NCBI GenBank assembly: GCA_949296965.1
Contig: CASFQL010000018.1
Span: 81,413-145,412, forward strand
Direction: 5' to 3'
Origin: an uncultured Christensenella sp.
GTDB taxonomy: Bacteria; Bacillota; Clostridia; Christensenellales; UBA1242
Length of the DNA stretch: 64,000 bases
Shown here: positions 1 to 11,944 of the stretch, one piece after another
Layout of the letters: each line of letters opens with the position of its first letter
Numbering within the stretch: the stretch's first letter is position 1
The notes under the pieces: generated by a model
Told to the model about the DNA's origin: nothing
The model's input: the letters and a program-made list of their open reading frames with translations, nothing else
Database searches by the model: none
Position numbers and translations under genes: made by a program

Positions 1-1890
1 TTTATCCAAGTTACAACAATAGACATTACCGTCAATATCTTTACCAAGTGCAAAAGTTAAAGGTGCTTTTGAATTTACAAATTGTGGTGAAGATATAATA
101 TCTTTTAAGCCGACAGTATCAATTTTATTATTAGGGACTTCTATACCAACAGCACTTTTACCTCTTATAGGAGTTTCAATTCTAATATCACTTTTTGCAG
201 CAAGAGCAAGAGCAATGTCTGAAGAATGTGCGTGAATTTTTCTAACAGGAATACCCGAAGCAATATGAAGTTCGTATCTAGTTACAGCACTGCCTCGTCT
301 AACGGCAAGGACTTGAGCTGGAATTTTAAATTCTTGTAAAACATTTTCAAGTATTCTCTTATTTTCTTCGTAGTCTTCTTCTGAAACAGAATCATTATAA
401 TAGGTTTTTAATAGGTCAATTGAAGGTCTAATGTATCCATCTTTATAAGAAAAGTCAGGGACAATTTCTTTTGTTTGATTGGAATTCCCACCCCCACCAA
501 GTATATCAAAATTAAAATTTCTATTTGTATTTAAATTAACAGTCTGACCTAAACTTTCTTCAATAGTATCGTTTGCGACATTCAAGGAATGTTCTTCTTC
601 AACAAATCTTTGACTCTTATTAGCATTAATATCTTCATCTATACTTGAAGAATAGTCGCTTTTCAAACTATTTGGATTAAGTGGACTATAATTAGGTTTA
701 ATTTCAGTTGGCTTTATAAAGTCGTCATCAATTTCGATATCAATTGAGTCAAAATCATCTTTTTCATTTTCATCAAAATTATCATTTAAACTGCTAATAT
801 TATTTGCATTATTATAATCTTGCCTTTGAGGCTCAATTTCAAATTGATTAATTTTTTTACTATTTGGAAGATTTTTATCACTATCATAAAATTCATTTCT
901 AATCTCGTCTCTTGAAAGTGGAGTTGAATTTTTTTGATTAATATATTTCATCTTTTCAACATAGTCATCATAATCTTCGGCATTTATTATAGGGTTATCA
1001 TTATGATTATTATAGTCGTATATTGAAGTTAAATACTCCTTACTCTTTTCAAAAATAGGATTTTCTCTTTTAACTGTCTTATCAGGGTTGTGCATAATTT
1101 TTTCAGGCTTATTATTTGCCATTGCCCTATTTTGCCAAGTTTCCTCAGTTTTCTCTGACAAATTATCTTCCGCTTTACTTTTTTTATCAATTATACCTAA
1201 AATTTCTTTTGCTTTTTGTTGGGCATTATATGCTTCTTCATCACGGATAAAAATATCCTCTTCCTTGTCATCTTCTTTATTTTCTTTACTTAAAATTTGC
1301 TCGGTTTCATCAACTCTCTCAGTGGAAGATAAATTTAAATTCTTAGGTTCCTCTTTCTCAAAATGAAAAGTCTCATACTCTGGCCTTTCTTCGACGACTT
1401 GTTTTTGTTGTTTATAATTATCTAGGTAGTTAAGAATAAAATAAATTGAGATAATTAATGCAATTCCATAGATCACAATACCCGCAAAATCGTGTAGAAG
1501 TTTTGTAACAGGATAAGTAAACATACCAATAAAAACTCCACCCGGAGAATAAACAGCATCATAACAAGCATTAAGATATTGAGAATAATTTAAAGGTTTT
1601 GAACTTGTTGTAAAAATTATATGGACAATACAAACAAAAAAGAAGAAGGCTAAAAAAAGTAAAACTATATACTTAGGTGAATACATAAATTTTTTCTTAG
1701 TAAGTAGAGCAATTCCAAATAAAAACATAAAAAGGAGTAATGAATAGAACATAACTCCAAAAACACCTAAGAAAAAAAGTTTAACACTCATTAAAAACTC
1801 AAATGTAGTAAAAACAAACAAGACCAAAGAAAGTAAAACCAAAGTAATACCCACTTGAACTCTAATATTTCTACTTTTATTATTCGACAT
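1..1890 (-). CDS. ftsK: DNA translocase FtsK/SpoIIIE, N-terminal 630 codons (3' end lies beyond base 1)
   Basis: Absent from the ORF track because there is no stop in the window. ATG at 1890-1888. Hand translation gives MSNNKSRNIRVQVGITLVLLSLVLF... with several hydrophobic segments and a long N/D/E-rich linker. It then reads ...EFKIPAQVLAVRRGSAVTRYELHIASGIPVRKIHAHSSDIALALAAKSDIRIETPIRGKSAVGIEVPN, typical of the start of the FtsK motor domain. The frame stays open to base 1. Confidence 0.85.
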   Translation of the reverse strand, partial: MSNNKSRNIRVQVGITLVLLSLVLFVFTTFEFLMSVKLFFLGVFGVMFYSLLLFMFLFGIALLTKKKFMYSPKYIVLLFLAFFFFVCIVHIIFTTSSKPLNYSQYLNACYDAVYSPGGVFIGMFTYPVTKLLHDFAGIVIYGIALIISIYFILNYLDNYKQQKQVVEERPEYETFHFEKEEPKNLNLSSTERVDETEQILSKENKEDDKEEDIFIRDEEAYNAQQKAKEILGIIDKKSKAEDNLSEKTEETWQNRAMANNKPEKIMHNPDKTVKRENPIFEKSKEYLTSIYDYNNHNDNPIINAEDYDDYVEKMKYINQKNSTPLSRDEIRNEFYDSDKNLPNSKKINQFEIEPQRQDYNNANNISSLNDNFDENEKDDFDSIDIEIDDDFIKPTEIKPNYSPLNPNSLKSDYSSSIDEDINANKSQRFVEEEHSLNVANDTIEESLGQTVNLNTNRNFNFDILGGGGNSNQTKEIVPDFSYKDGYIRPSIDLLKTYYNDSVSEEDYEENKRILENVLQEFKIPAQVLAVRRGSAVTRYELHIASGIPVRKIHAHSSDIALALAAKSDIRIETPIRGKSAVGIEVPNNKIDTVGLKDIISSPQFVNSKAPLTFALGKDIDGNVYCCNLDK

Positions 1891-2153
1891 TTTATTTTCT
1901 TCCAAAGTTAAACACCTCGTTTTTCTAACTTAATATTTTATCACATTTAGTTATCAAACCCAAATCAATTAGACATAAATTTACTTTTTAACAAAAATTA
2001 ACAAAAATTTTTTAACCTCATATACCAAAATATGCTTTAAAATTTTTATTAACTTTTAAACAAATTTATAAAAATAAAAGTTTTGTTTTTTTAAGTAAAA
2101 AATATATTTTAACTAATCTTATAAGTAAAAAATATTATTAACTTGCATCTAAC

Positions 2154-3419
2154 TTATTTAAAAACATCAAAAAGTGTTTCGTCAGGGTTTTTAGTCAAAA
2201 CATTCCCGCAAATATTACAATAGTTAAAAACTTTTTTTATAACTTGATTTATATCCTCTTTTGAAATTTTATCATAATCTTCTAAGATATCTTCAACAGT
2301 AAAAATTTTATTAAAAATTGACAAATTAGTTGCATTTTTTGTAGCGTGGCTAGCCCCATTTTCAAAAGAAGAAATTAAGACACTTTTACTAAAAGTTTTT
2401 GCCCTTTCGTATTCTTTATCAGTGATACCATCTTTAACAAGTTTATCAATTTCTTCTTTTATAAGTGCCATTGCCTTTTTTGCATTCTTTTCATTTGTTG
2501 AAAAACTAATAAGAACATCGCCACCCAAAGAATGTAAATATGGTTGACAAAAAATTGAGTAAACAAGTCCGTGTTCTTCCCTAACCTTTTGAAAAAGCCT
2601 TGAAGCCATACCACCGCCAAAAATAAAGGACATTAAAGGGTAAGCATTACTTTTATCATAAAAAACATTGTCTGCTGGAAAACCAAAAATTATTTGAGAT
2701 TGATTAATATCTTTCTTTTCAAAAACAAAATTCCTATCTGGGATAATATGGAGAGATTTATTTGGTTCTTCAATCTCCATTTTCTTCCTAAAAAATTTAC
2801 AAATATATTTTTTCACAAACTCGACAATTTTTTGATTTGGTAAACTACCAACTACCGAAACAACAATTCTATTCCCCACATAATTTTTTTCAAAATAATC
2901 TAAAATATCTTGTCTAGTAATTTTTTCGAGTATTTCTTTTTTACCAATAACCCTTCTTTCTATTGGAGTATTTTTATAAAAATTTGAAAGATAGTTTTCG
3001 TATATTACTGTATCGGGGACATCTTTATTTGCATCAATTTCCTCATAAATAACTTTCTTTTCTTTTTCAAGTTCAACTTCATCATAAGATGAGTTAAAAA
3101 CAATATCAGACAAAATATTAAAACACCCTTCAATGTTTTCATTTAAAGTTGTTGCAAAATAACAAGTCCTAAATTGCCCCGTATAAGCGTTAGCAATTGC
3201 ACCCAATTCTTCAAATTCTTGACTAATTTGTTTTGCAGTCCTATTTTTTGTGCCTTTAAAAGCCATATGCTCAATTAAGTGCGAAATACCATTATTTTTA
3301 TTATCTTCATTAACACTTCCCGTATTAACACAAATTAAGATAGTTGCAGGTTTTGTATTTTCAGTTTTTTCATAAACAAGCCTAACTCCATTAGAAAAAG
3401 TTTTTATTAAAGTTTTCAA
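2154..3419 (-). CDS. M16 family zinc peptidase (insulinase-like, YmxG/MlpA-type)
   Basis: 421-aa ORF with the inverted zincin motif HLIEHMAFKGT (HxxEH). It follows a polysaccharide deacetylase, as in the Bacillus ylxY-mlpA arrangement. Apparent TTG start with GAGGT 9 nt upstream. Confidence 0.85.
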   Translation of the reverse strand: MKTLIKTFSNGVRLVYEKTENTKPATILICVNTGSVNEDNKNNGISHLIEHMAFKGTKNRTAKQISQEFEELGAIANAYTGQFRTCYFATTLNENIEGCFNILSDIVFNSSYDEVELEKEKKVIYEEIDANKDVPDTVIYENYLSNFYKNTPIERRVIGKKEILEKITRQDILDYFEKNYVGNRIVVSVVGSLPNQKIVEFVKKYICKFFRKKMEIEEPNKSLHIIPDRNFVFEKKDINQSQIIFGFPADNVFYDKSNAYPLMSFIFGGGMASRLFQKVREEHGLVYSIFCQPYLHSLGGDVLISFSTNEKNAKKAMALIKEEIDKLVKDGITDKEYERAKTFSKSVLISSFENGASHATKNATNLSIFNKIFTVEDILEDYDKISKEDINQVIKKVFNYCNICGNVLTKNPDETLFDVFK

Positions 3420-3724
3420 TCTTTTTATACCTCACAACTAATTATACCAATTTTATAAAATTTTAAAAACAAAATTAACTAGTTTTTACGATTTTTGACA
3501 TATAAAAAATCGGTATTAATAATTTAAAAATTTATAAACTATCAATACCTTTTTCCCTACATATTTTTATTATATAACGCCATAGCAAGAAGGAAAATTT
3601 AATTTTATAATTGTATGGCAGCGACCAATCAAAATTATGTGTCAAAAATGTTAATTTTTGAATTTGAAATTTAACTTGCTTAAATTTTAAAGATTGTGAT
3701 TTTAAAATTACAATAGCACACAAT

Positions 3725-4462
3725 CTACACTAAACCCAAACAATCTGAAACTGTTGTTATTTGTAAATTTTTTGACTTTAATTCTTTAATTATTTTATCT
3801 AAGCAACTAGCGGTTTGACTTGTAGGGTGCATTAAAATTAAATCGCCACCAATAGTGTTTTCTGTTGCTCTTTTAAAAATCAAATTTTGGTCTTTATCTC
3901 TCCAATCAATAGTATCCCTTGACCACATAATTGTCTTATATCCTAAACTTTCAGCAACAGCCAAAGTCTTTTGACTAAAACTGCCAGAAGGTGGAGCAAA
4001 CAAAGTTGTCTTATATGCGCTAATACTTTCTACCAATTTTTGAGTCATAACAATTTCATCTTTATTTTGAGTATTATTTAATTTTGAGTGGTCTTTATGA
4101 AAATAACCGTGATTGCCAATTTCATGGCCAGCATTAACAATTTTTTGCAACATTTCATTATTTTTAGCGACCCAGCACCCACCAACAAAAAAAGTAGTTT
4201 TGACATTATTTTCTTCCAATGTTTTTAACATATCGTCTAAATATTCATCGCCCCAATAAACATTTATCATAAGTGAAACCTTATTTGTATCTCTTGGACC
4301 ATTATAAATAGCAGAATAAGACGAACCCGAAACCTGCATAGCCGCAACAGGAGAAGCAAGCGAAAATACTAAAACACACAAAAAAGTTAAACCCAATATA
4401 ATATTACAAGTTATATGAACAAAATTTCTTTCTTTACTTACAAAAAAACCAAATACTTTCAT
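3725..4462 (-). CDS. polysaccharide deacetylase (NodB domain, YlxY/PdaB-like) with N-terminal membrane anchor
   Basis: 245 aa. N-terminal hydrophobic segment, then NodB-like motifs (FFVGGCW, GHEIGNHGYFH, WSRDTIDW, LILMHP). Confidence 0.85.
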   Translation of the reverse strand: MKVFGFFVSKERNFVHITCNIILGLTFLCVLVFSLASPVAAMQVSGSSYSAIYNGPRDTNKVSLMINVYWGDEYLDDMLKTLEENNVKTTFFVGGCWVAKNNEMLQKIVNAGHEIGNHGYFHKDHSKLNNTQNKDEIVMTQKLVESISAYKTTLFAPPSGSFSQKTLAVAESLGYKTIMWSRDTIDWRDKDQNLIFKRATENTIGGDLILMHPTSQTASCLDKIIKELKSKNLQITTVSDCLGLV

Positions 4463-4510
4463 ACTACAAATATATGACTAGACTTTATATATAATTACAA
4501 AATTTTTCAT

Positions 4511-4543
4511 AAAAAAAAGAACAAGATTTTTATTCCTGCTCTT
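4511..4543 (-). terminator. intrinsic terminator after secF
   Basis: On the minus strand: AAGAGCAGG-aataaaaat-CTTGTTCTT followed by T8. The 9-bp stem includes two G-U pairs. Lies about 75 nt downstream of the secF stop. Confidence 0.5.
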
Positions 4544-4619
4544 TTCAAAATACAAAAGATTTTTAGAAAGTGACTAAAAATTTGTATTAATTTTCATTCA
4601 TTTTAAGATATTTCATTAT

Positions 4620-5708
4620 CTATTCTTTTATTTCTATAACTTCAGCATCTTCGTCATTGTTATTTTCTAAAATCTCATTTTGAGTTGATGCAACTTTCTT
4701 TTCAACTACATTAGTTCTAACAATTCCCTGTTTTGTAAAAGTTTCTTTCTTAACATTAATAAATGCCCAAAATGCAGGTAAAATAAGTAAATGACTAGCA
4801 AATAAAACTACAAATCCAACAAAACAAGCAAGACTAGTATAAATTACATTTGGTATTAAAACTAAGCACAATACAAGGCTAAAAGCAAAAGCAATTACAT
4901 ATTTAAGGAAAGTAGTTTTCCAAGTTTTACTAATATAGAGATTAGCAATATCTGCATTAGATAAATTTGAATTATTAGGCTCTTTTGCTAGGCTCTTAAT
5001 TTCAAGCATCATACTAACACTAGAATATAAACTTAAAGCATAAATAAGAGAACAAACTGCAAAGATATATCTATTTACTTCAACCCTAAATAAGATTATT
5101 AGAGAAAGGAAAACGACCAAATCAAAAACCAATCCAAAGACTATTGTCAATGCACCCCCTACTTTGAAACGGAAACAAGCATAAATACAAGCAATACTAA
5201 GTAAGAAAATAAGAGCCGAAATAGTTATCATAACAAGATTATAATCAATTAAAGAGCCAACGACAGTAGTTTTTCTAGTTAAGTCTTCAAGTTTACCGAG
5301 AGTATTTACTTGTTCTTCATCAGTTAAAGACGCAAAACTAGCACTAAAATTTTCATTAATCTCAATTCTAACTTTTTCAAGTTCTTCATCGCTAATATTG
5401 TCAAATGTAATAACAAAGTTTTGACTGTCATATTTACCTAGAACTTGAAAAGAGTTAACAGAAATGTTATTTTTATCTAAAATACTTTTTACATCATTTG
5501 AAGCCTTTTCAAAATCTTTTTCGTTTGAAATATCAATGTCGCTTAATTCAAAACTAACAACGAGTTGCGTGCCACCCTTTAAGTCAAAGCCTTTATTAAA
5601 ACCAAAAAAGAAATAAATTATGCTTGAAACAAAAACTAATATTACAGCAATTAAAAATGCTATTTTAAAAAATTTTAAGTAATTAGGCAAAGAGTTGTTA
5701 TTTTGCAT
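4620..5708 (-). CDS. secF: protein translocase subunit SecF
   Basis: 362 aa. Periplasmic-type domain followed by a multi-TM C-terminal half typical of SecF. Overlaps secD by 11 nt. Confidence 0.85.
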   Translation of the reverse strand: MQNNNSLPNYLKFFKIAFLIAVILVFVSSIIYFFFGFNKGFDLKGGTQLVVSFELSDIDISNEKDFEKASNDVKSILDKNNISVNSFQVLGKYDSQNFVITFDNISDEELEKVRIEINENFSASFASLTDEEQVNTLGKLEDLTRKTTVVGSLIDYNLVMITISALIFLLSIACIYACFRFKVGGALTIVFGLVFDLVVFLSLIILFRVEVNRYIFAVCSLIYALSLYSSVSMMLEIKSLAKEPNNSNLSNADIANLYISKTWKTTFLKYVIAFAFSLVLCLVLIPNVIYTSLACFVGFVVLFASHLLILPAFWAFINVKKETFTKQGIVRTNVVEKKVASTQNEILENNNDEDAEVIEIKE

Positions 5709-7059
5709 TTTTTACTCCCTCCCTTCTTAAATTATAGAACGACTTTTTAATGCTATTAATATTAACATAAGATAAGCACATACCCCTTAAAGCAACAAAA
5801 AGGACAAAGTAATTTACAAAAAGACCTATCAAAAGACAAATTGCAAAAGACATAACCCCACCAGAAGCCACTATACACAAAATAGCACTAATTATAATTA
5901 AAAATATATATTTTTCCAATATTTTCAAAACATTTTTAGAAAAGCCAGAAGTAACACTATTTGGAATTTTTTTACCGCTAGCATATTCACTTCTAATTTT
6001 TTCAAAAATACTAATCATACCAGAAATGAGAAGCCCGAATGTGAATAAAATGCCAATAAGTCCACTAAAATCTACAAGAACGAATGGAATTGACTGCAAT
6101 AAAAATGCGTAAACCGATATAAAAATTAAGAATGAAACAGTTGCTAATAAACCCAGCATTCTATATCTAACAACAAAGAAAATAATAGTTGCAACAAACA
6201 TTAACAATAGGACAAAAATTAACATTGATTGCAAAGAACCAAAGAAAGAACCTGTCCCTGTATTAAGTCCGCCTGTAACTGTATCATCTAATATTTTATT
6301 TAGATTAATAGGCTTAGCAAGAGCATTAACTTGCAATGCAAGAACTTTTGCACCAAGACTACTTGAAGAATATAAAGTTAATGTTGAAACTGCACTTGAA
6401 ATTTCAAAGCCTGACGAATTGTAGTTATTTCCGTTAATATACAAATAAATATTTTTTGTAGAAGAACTAGAATCGTCAACAAGATTTTGAGTCATTTCTT
6501 TTAATTTCTTTTGACCTTCTTCCGTAAGATTAATTGTAACAGGATAAACATTTTTGCTATCCTGCCCTACAAGAGAACCACCAACTTCACAATTTAAGAA
6601 ATATTCAGTAGTAATACTCCCTTCTGCATCATAATTACTGCTATCAGTGTTGATAGAAAGCCCCTTATCCCCGCCTATTAAATCAAACAAATCATAACTA
6701 CTACCAGTCATAGAAAAAAGATTAAACAAATCAGAATTGTCATAGTTTGAAACTTCAACTCTAATAGTTTCCCCGTGTCTAGTAAAAACAAGCCCTTCAC
6801 TACCAAAGGCGTTATTATATCTTTTAACTGTTTCATCTAATTTACTAACAACTTCATCATAATCTAAATTTGAGTAAGAAGCCTCATAAACCGAAAGCCT
6901 ACCCCCGCCGATATCATACCCAAAGTTAATAGCATTGAAGAAACCTCTAAAAGTGGTGTTTGTAGTAGGAATAACAAAACTTGTAAAAGTAAGCAATAAA
7001 CCAATAACGGTTAGAATAGCCACAATACAAAGTTTAATTTTACTTCTAGTTTTGCTCAT
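5698..7059 (-). CDS. secD: protein translocase subunit SecD
   Basis: Multi-TM SecD-like protein directly upstream of secF. I prefer the ATG at 7059 (GGAG 7 nt upstream) over the track's TTG at 7083. Confidence 0.85.
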   Translation of the reverse strand: MSKTRSKIKLCIVAILTVIGLLLTFTSFVIPTTNTTFRGFFNAINFGYDIGGGRLSVYEASYSNLDYDEVVSKLDETVKRYNNAFGSEGLVFTRHGETIRVEVSNYDNSDLFNLFSMTGSSYDLFDLIGGDKGLSINTDSSNYDAEGSITTEYFLNCEVGGSLVGQDSKNVYPVTINLTEEGQKKLKEMTQNLVDDSSSSTKNIYLYINGNNYNSSGFEISSAVSTLTLYSSSSLGAKVLALQVNALAKPINLNKILDDTVTGGLNTGTGSFFGSLQSMLIFVLLLMFVATIIFFVVRYRMLGLLATVSFLIFISVYAFLLQSIPFVLVDFSGLIGILFTFGLLISGMISIFEKIRSEYASGKKIPNSVTSGFSKNVLKILEKYIFLIIISAILCIVASGGVMSFAICLLIGLFVNYFVLFVALRGMCLSYVNINSIKKSFYNLRREGVKNAK

Positions 7060-7323
7060 TAGCACACTCCTTTTGGATAACAAAAAACATTATATAAAAT
7101 AAAAATAGTTTAGTCAATTACATTTTAATTAAAAAGAGCATAATTTAATTAAAATAATCATTATATCTACTAATTATAACCAAATAAATGCTTTTAAAGC
7201 AAAAATATCAAAAATCTAGAAAATAAATTTTTCTTCGTGCAAATATTACAAAAATAATACTTGAACACTGAATAAATTAATATTTTTTGTTAGAATTACA
7301 AGTATCAAAGGAGAAACTTATTT

Positions 7324-7917
7324 ATGATAAAAGAATTTGACACATTTTCAAACAGTAATGAAAAATCAATTGAGAACAAAAAAACAAAACTTTACAAAAT
7401 ACTTAACAAAACTAAAAAAGGAATTTCTAAAATACTAGACTATGTTATAAAGGAATATGGTTTTGATGCATTTATTGAAGCATTAACTGTTGTTTATCAA
7501 AAAAATAAAAGTATTGAACCTGTAACTGAATATATTATTAGTAAAAGAAGCATATCTGATATTTTTAAATACATACAACATTTTCCTAGCTAAGTAAAAT
7601 ACTTAGAACAGGATACTTTAAATTCTCTAAAAAAAGCTTCTTTTGAACACGATTTTGACACCGCAACTAAATTTGCCATTTTATTATCCAAAGAAGGAAT
7701 TGACACAACTTATTATGAAGACTATATGTTAAAACTCATCAAAAAGCCTAACTTAATTAAACAATTTTACTTATATGAAATTAATGATTTGGTTTTGTAT
7801 ATAAAACATTATATAGAAAATGTAAAAGAACTTAAAATAGAAGAATTAAAAAATATCTTGGAAAAATTTAAGGAAGAATCAGAAAATAAGCAAGAAGAAC
7901 AAGAATTAGAAAAGTAA
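7324..7917 (+). pseudogene. hypothetical gene interrupted by a single in-frame TAA (89-aa and 63-aa track ORFs are one frame)
   Basis: AGGAG lies 10 nt before the ATG at 7324. TAA at 7591-7593. The next 44 codons (7594-7725) have no stop in the same frame and run into the 7726 ORF, so the combined length would be 197 codons. It is the only plus-strand coding region in the window. Confidence 0.45.
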
Positions 7918-7946
7918 AATTTAAAGCATAAAAATAAAATAAATTA

Positions 7947-8008
7947 AAGCAATATGAATTTTTAAATTTAACTTTTAGTAGAATTTATTCGTTCATATTG
8001 CTTTTTTA
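7947..8008 (+). terminator. possible terminator of the plus-strand ORF
   Basis: AAGCAATATGAA (7947-7958) pairs with TTCATATTGCTT (7992-8003), followed by a T-run. The loop is unusually long (33 nt). Confidence 0.35.
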
Positions 8009-8112
8009 TAATTTTATTGTAAATCTAATTAATTTAACAATCTCTTATAATTTGTTCGTTTTTTTTCTTTTAGTTTTTAATCTATTTTAAATTAAACTTT
8101 CAATTTATTTTT

Positions 8113-8502
8113 TTATTTTTTTCTAACATTTACAAAAATTATTCCACCTACTAAACCTATAACACTAGCAAAAAAAATGTCATAGATTAAACTCATATTA
8201 AATGAAAATGATGAAGATAAAATAGAAAATACAAAGAACGCAACTATGGTATAGATTGCCCCCAAAATTGCTCCTTTTAACATTCCCTTTGACTTATCAA
8301 TTTTAAAGCATACATAACAACCAAATAAAATACTTAAAATCTTTATAAATTGATTTAAAACAATAATAAGTCCGTCACTCATATCAACAAATCTATAAAT
8401 TATTGCAAGAAGTAGAACTAAAACAAGAGAGCAAGAAACCGCAGAAAAGACTCCCTTTAAAATATTTAAAACACAATTTTTATTTGTCAATGATTTTTCC
8501 AT
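8113..8502 (-). CDS. small 4-TM membrane protein (YrzE/TIGR04086-like)
   Basis: 129 aa and almost entirely hydrophobic helices. Sits between yajC and secD, where Bacillus carries yrzE. AGGT RBS before the ATG at 8502. The family assignment is from memory only. Confidence 0.5.
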   Translation of the reverse strand: MEKSLTNKNCVLNILKGVFSAVSCSLVLVLLLAIIYRFVDMSDGLIIVLNQFIKILSILFGCYVCFKIDKSKGMLKGAILGAIYTIVAFFVFSILSSSFSFNMSLIYDIFFASVIGLVGGIIFVNVRKK

Positions 8503-8793
8503 AATTACCTCTTTAAAAAAATAACTTACTTAAAATTATGCATTGAAAAAAACAATTATGCTTAGTTAGACAAGTTTTATTATAAAAATTATTTTTTATC
8601 TAGGCTCTTTAACATCTTAATAAACAAAAATAAGCAAAAAGCATAGATAATAAACTATAAAAAAGACTATTTAAACAAATCTAAAAACTTGTTAAATAGT
8701 CTTTTAATACTTAACTATAAATTAACTGTCAATCAATTATTTAATCAATTAACTAATTATTTTAATTAATTAATTATTTATTTTATTGATTAT

Positions 8794-9321
8794 TTAATTA
8801 GTAGCAGTTTTAGCCTTTTTAGAAGTAACCTTCTTTTCGCTATCCTTTTTCTTTTTTGTAGTCTTTTTATCAGTTTCTTCTTTTTCTTCTTTTTCTTCTT
8901 TATTTTCTTCTACTTTTTGTTCAGTAGTGTTTAAAGAATTATTCATAACTTTTTCTTTAATTTCTTCAGGTTCGATTACATTTCCCTGCTCGTCCAATAT
9001 TAAATCTTCTTTTGTATCAATACCTAAAATAACACTTGCATTAATAGTAATGTAACTTGCTTTTCCACCATCTTCACCCGTTTTAATGACGACAATCTTG
9101 CCCATATTTGTTTCCTTTTGACTAACAATTTCGCCATAAATTCCAGCATTAGTTACAATTTTATCACCTTTTTTCAAATCACTTAACATCTTCATTGCTT
9201 GTTCTTGTGCTTTTTTCCTATTAATAGTCCCAAAAATCAAGTAGACAACCATAAGAGCAATTAAAACAATCAAAGTAATGGTCCAACCTAGACTATCTGT
9301 GGCACATAATAAATTTAACAT
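8794..9321 (-). CDS. yajC: preprotein translocase subunit YajC with K/E-rich C-terminal extension
   Basis: One N-terminal TM, then the YajC core KKGDKIVTNAGIYGEIV. About 175 aa against the usual 90-110. ATG at 9321 has AGGAG 7 nt upstream and is preferred over the track's TTG at 9327. Confidence 0.8.
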   Translation of the reverse strand: MLNLLCATDSLGWTITLIVLIALMVVYLIFGTINRKKAQEQAMKMLSDLKKGDKIVTNAGIYGEIVSQKETNMGKIVVIKTGEDGGKASYITINASVILGIDTKEDLILDEQGNVIEPEEIKEKVMNNSLNTTEQKVEENKEEKEEKEETDKKTTKKKKDSEKKVTSKKAKTATN

Positions 9322-9746
9322 CTTCAATCTCCTTTAATAAAATCAAAATAATTATATTACATTTATTTGTTTAAGGCAAACAAAAATAATTCAAAAGATA
9401 AAATAATTTCAAATAAATTGTCAAAAATAATTACTTTTTTAAAACAATTTTTAACATTTGTTATAATTAAAAGGTTACTATTAAACAAATTACTTTAATG
9501 AGGAATTTAAAAACAAAACAAAATAGAACAAAATAAAATAAATTTAAAAACAAAAAAATATAAAACAAATTACATAAAAAGTAAAAGCCCATAAGAAATA
9601 TTTTACATAAAAATTTTAATAATTTTAGTAAAACAATCTAACAAAATAAAAAAAAATTACAGTAGTTTTTTTAATTTGTCAAAATACAAACAAAACATAT
9701 TTTTCCTTATCTCTTAATTAAAAAGGGTGTAGTTTAATGAAAAACA

Positions 9747-10874
<1,128 letters not shown>

Positions 10875-10885
10875 TTAAGTAAATT

Positions 10886-11944
10886 TTAACAATTTTTTAC
10901 CTTATCTCTATAAAAAAAGCAAGCATCTCCAAAGCTAAAAAATCTATATTTTTCTTTAATTGCTTCCTTGTAAACTCTCATAGTTTCCTCATAACCACAA
11001 AAGGCAGAAACAAGCATAATTAAAGTGCTTTCTGGTAAATGAAAATTAGTAATTAAGCAATCAACAATTTTAAAATCATAAGGTGGATAGCAAAACAATT
11101 TAGTATTATCTTTCTTTGCAACAACCTTACCCGACACACCTGCACTTTCAAGCGTTCTAACCGAAGTAGTGCCAACGGCAATAATTCTTCTTCCCTGACT
11201 TTTTGCATCGTTTATAATTTTAGCAGTTTTTTCATCGACTTCATAATACTCTGAGTGCATATCGTGTTGTAAAATATTTTCTTCCTTAACAGGCCTAAAA
11301 GTTCCCAAGCCAACATGAAGCAAAACAAAACAAACTTCAACACCCTTTTGTCTTATTTTGTCTAAGAGTTCCTCAGTAAAATGAAGACCTGCCGTAGGAG
11401 CCGCCGTTGAACCATTAATTTTACTATAAACAGTTTGATATCTTTGAGAGTTTTCAAGTTTTTCTTTAATGTATGGAGGAAGAGGCATTATTCCAACTTT
11501 ATTTAAAATTTCTTCAAAAGTGCCTTGAAAGGAGAATCTTACATTTTTGCCACCCACATCATTACTAGACAAAATCTCGCAAGAAAGTTCAGGGCTAAAA
11601 ACAACCTTAGTCCCAACTTTTAACCTTTTTGCTGGTTTAGCAAGTGCCTCCCAATCTGTCAAATTGAGTCTTTTAAGTAAGAAAATTTCAACACTCGCAC
11701 CTGTCCCTTCTTTCTTTCCTAAAAGTCTGCAAGGGATAACTCGTGTATTATTTAAGACTAAAACATCGCCTGCTCTTAAATATGATAAAATATCTTTAAA
11801 AATTTTGTGCTCAATTTGTTTTGTGTCCATATTAAAGGCTAAAAGCCTTGAACAATCTCTTTTCTCCAAAGGCTTTTGTGCAATCAATTCATTTGGTAAA
11901 TCATAATAGTAAGTGCTTTTTTTTGTAAAATCAATCATTTCCAT
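10886..11944 (-). CDS. queA: S-adenosylmethionine:tRNA ribosyltransferase-isomerase
   Basis: 352 aa. [17 protein letters not shown]..., [11 protein letters not shown] and [12 protein letters not shown] motifs. Confidence 0.95.
   Translation of the reverse strand: MEMIDFTKKSTYYYDLPNELIAQKPLEKRDCSRLLAFNMDTKQIEHKIFKDILSYLRAGDVLVLNNTRVIPCRLLGKKEGTGASVEIFLLKRLNLTDWEALAKPAKRLKVGTKVVFSPELSCEILSSNDVGGKNVRFSFQGTFEEILNKVGIMPLPPYIKEKLENSQRYQTVYSKINGSTAAPTAGLHFTEELLDKIRQKGVEVCFVLLHVGLGTFRPVKEENILQHDMHSEYYEVDEKTAKIINDAKSQGRRIIAVGTTSVRTLESAGVSGKVVAKKDNTKLFCYPPYDFKIVDCLITNFHLPESTLIMLVSAFCGYEETMRVYKEAIKEKYRFFSFGDACFFYRDKVKNC

Noticed and set aside
3532-3723. 63-aa ORF between the deacetylase and the M16 peptidase; also the 72-aa ORF at 21050-21268
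   Set aside because: TTG or weak starts with no RBS. Translations are hydrophobic, low-complexity and reflect AT-rich spacer composition. Probably not genes.
7591-7593. Alternative genetic code (TAA reassigned) as an explanation of the split ORF
   Set aside because: TAA is the normal stop of many conserved genes here (rplQ, adk, map, rpsZ, smpB and others), and their lengths match family norms. A global reassignment is therefore excluded.
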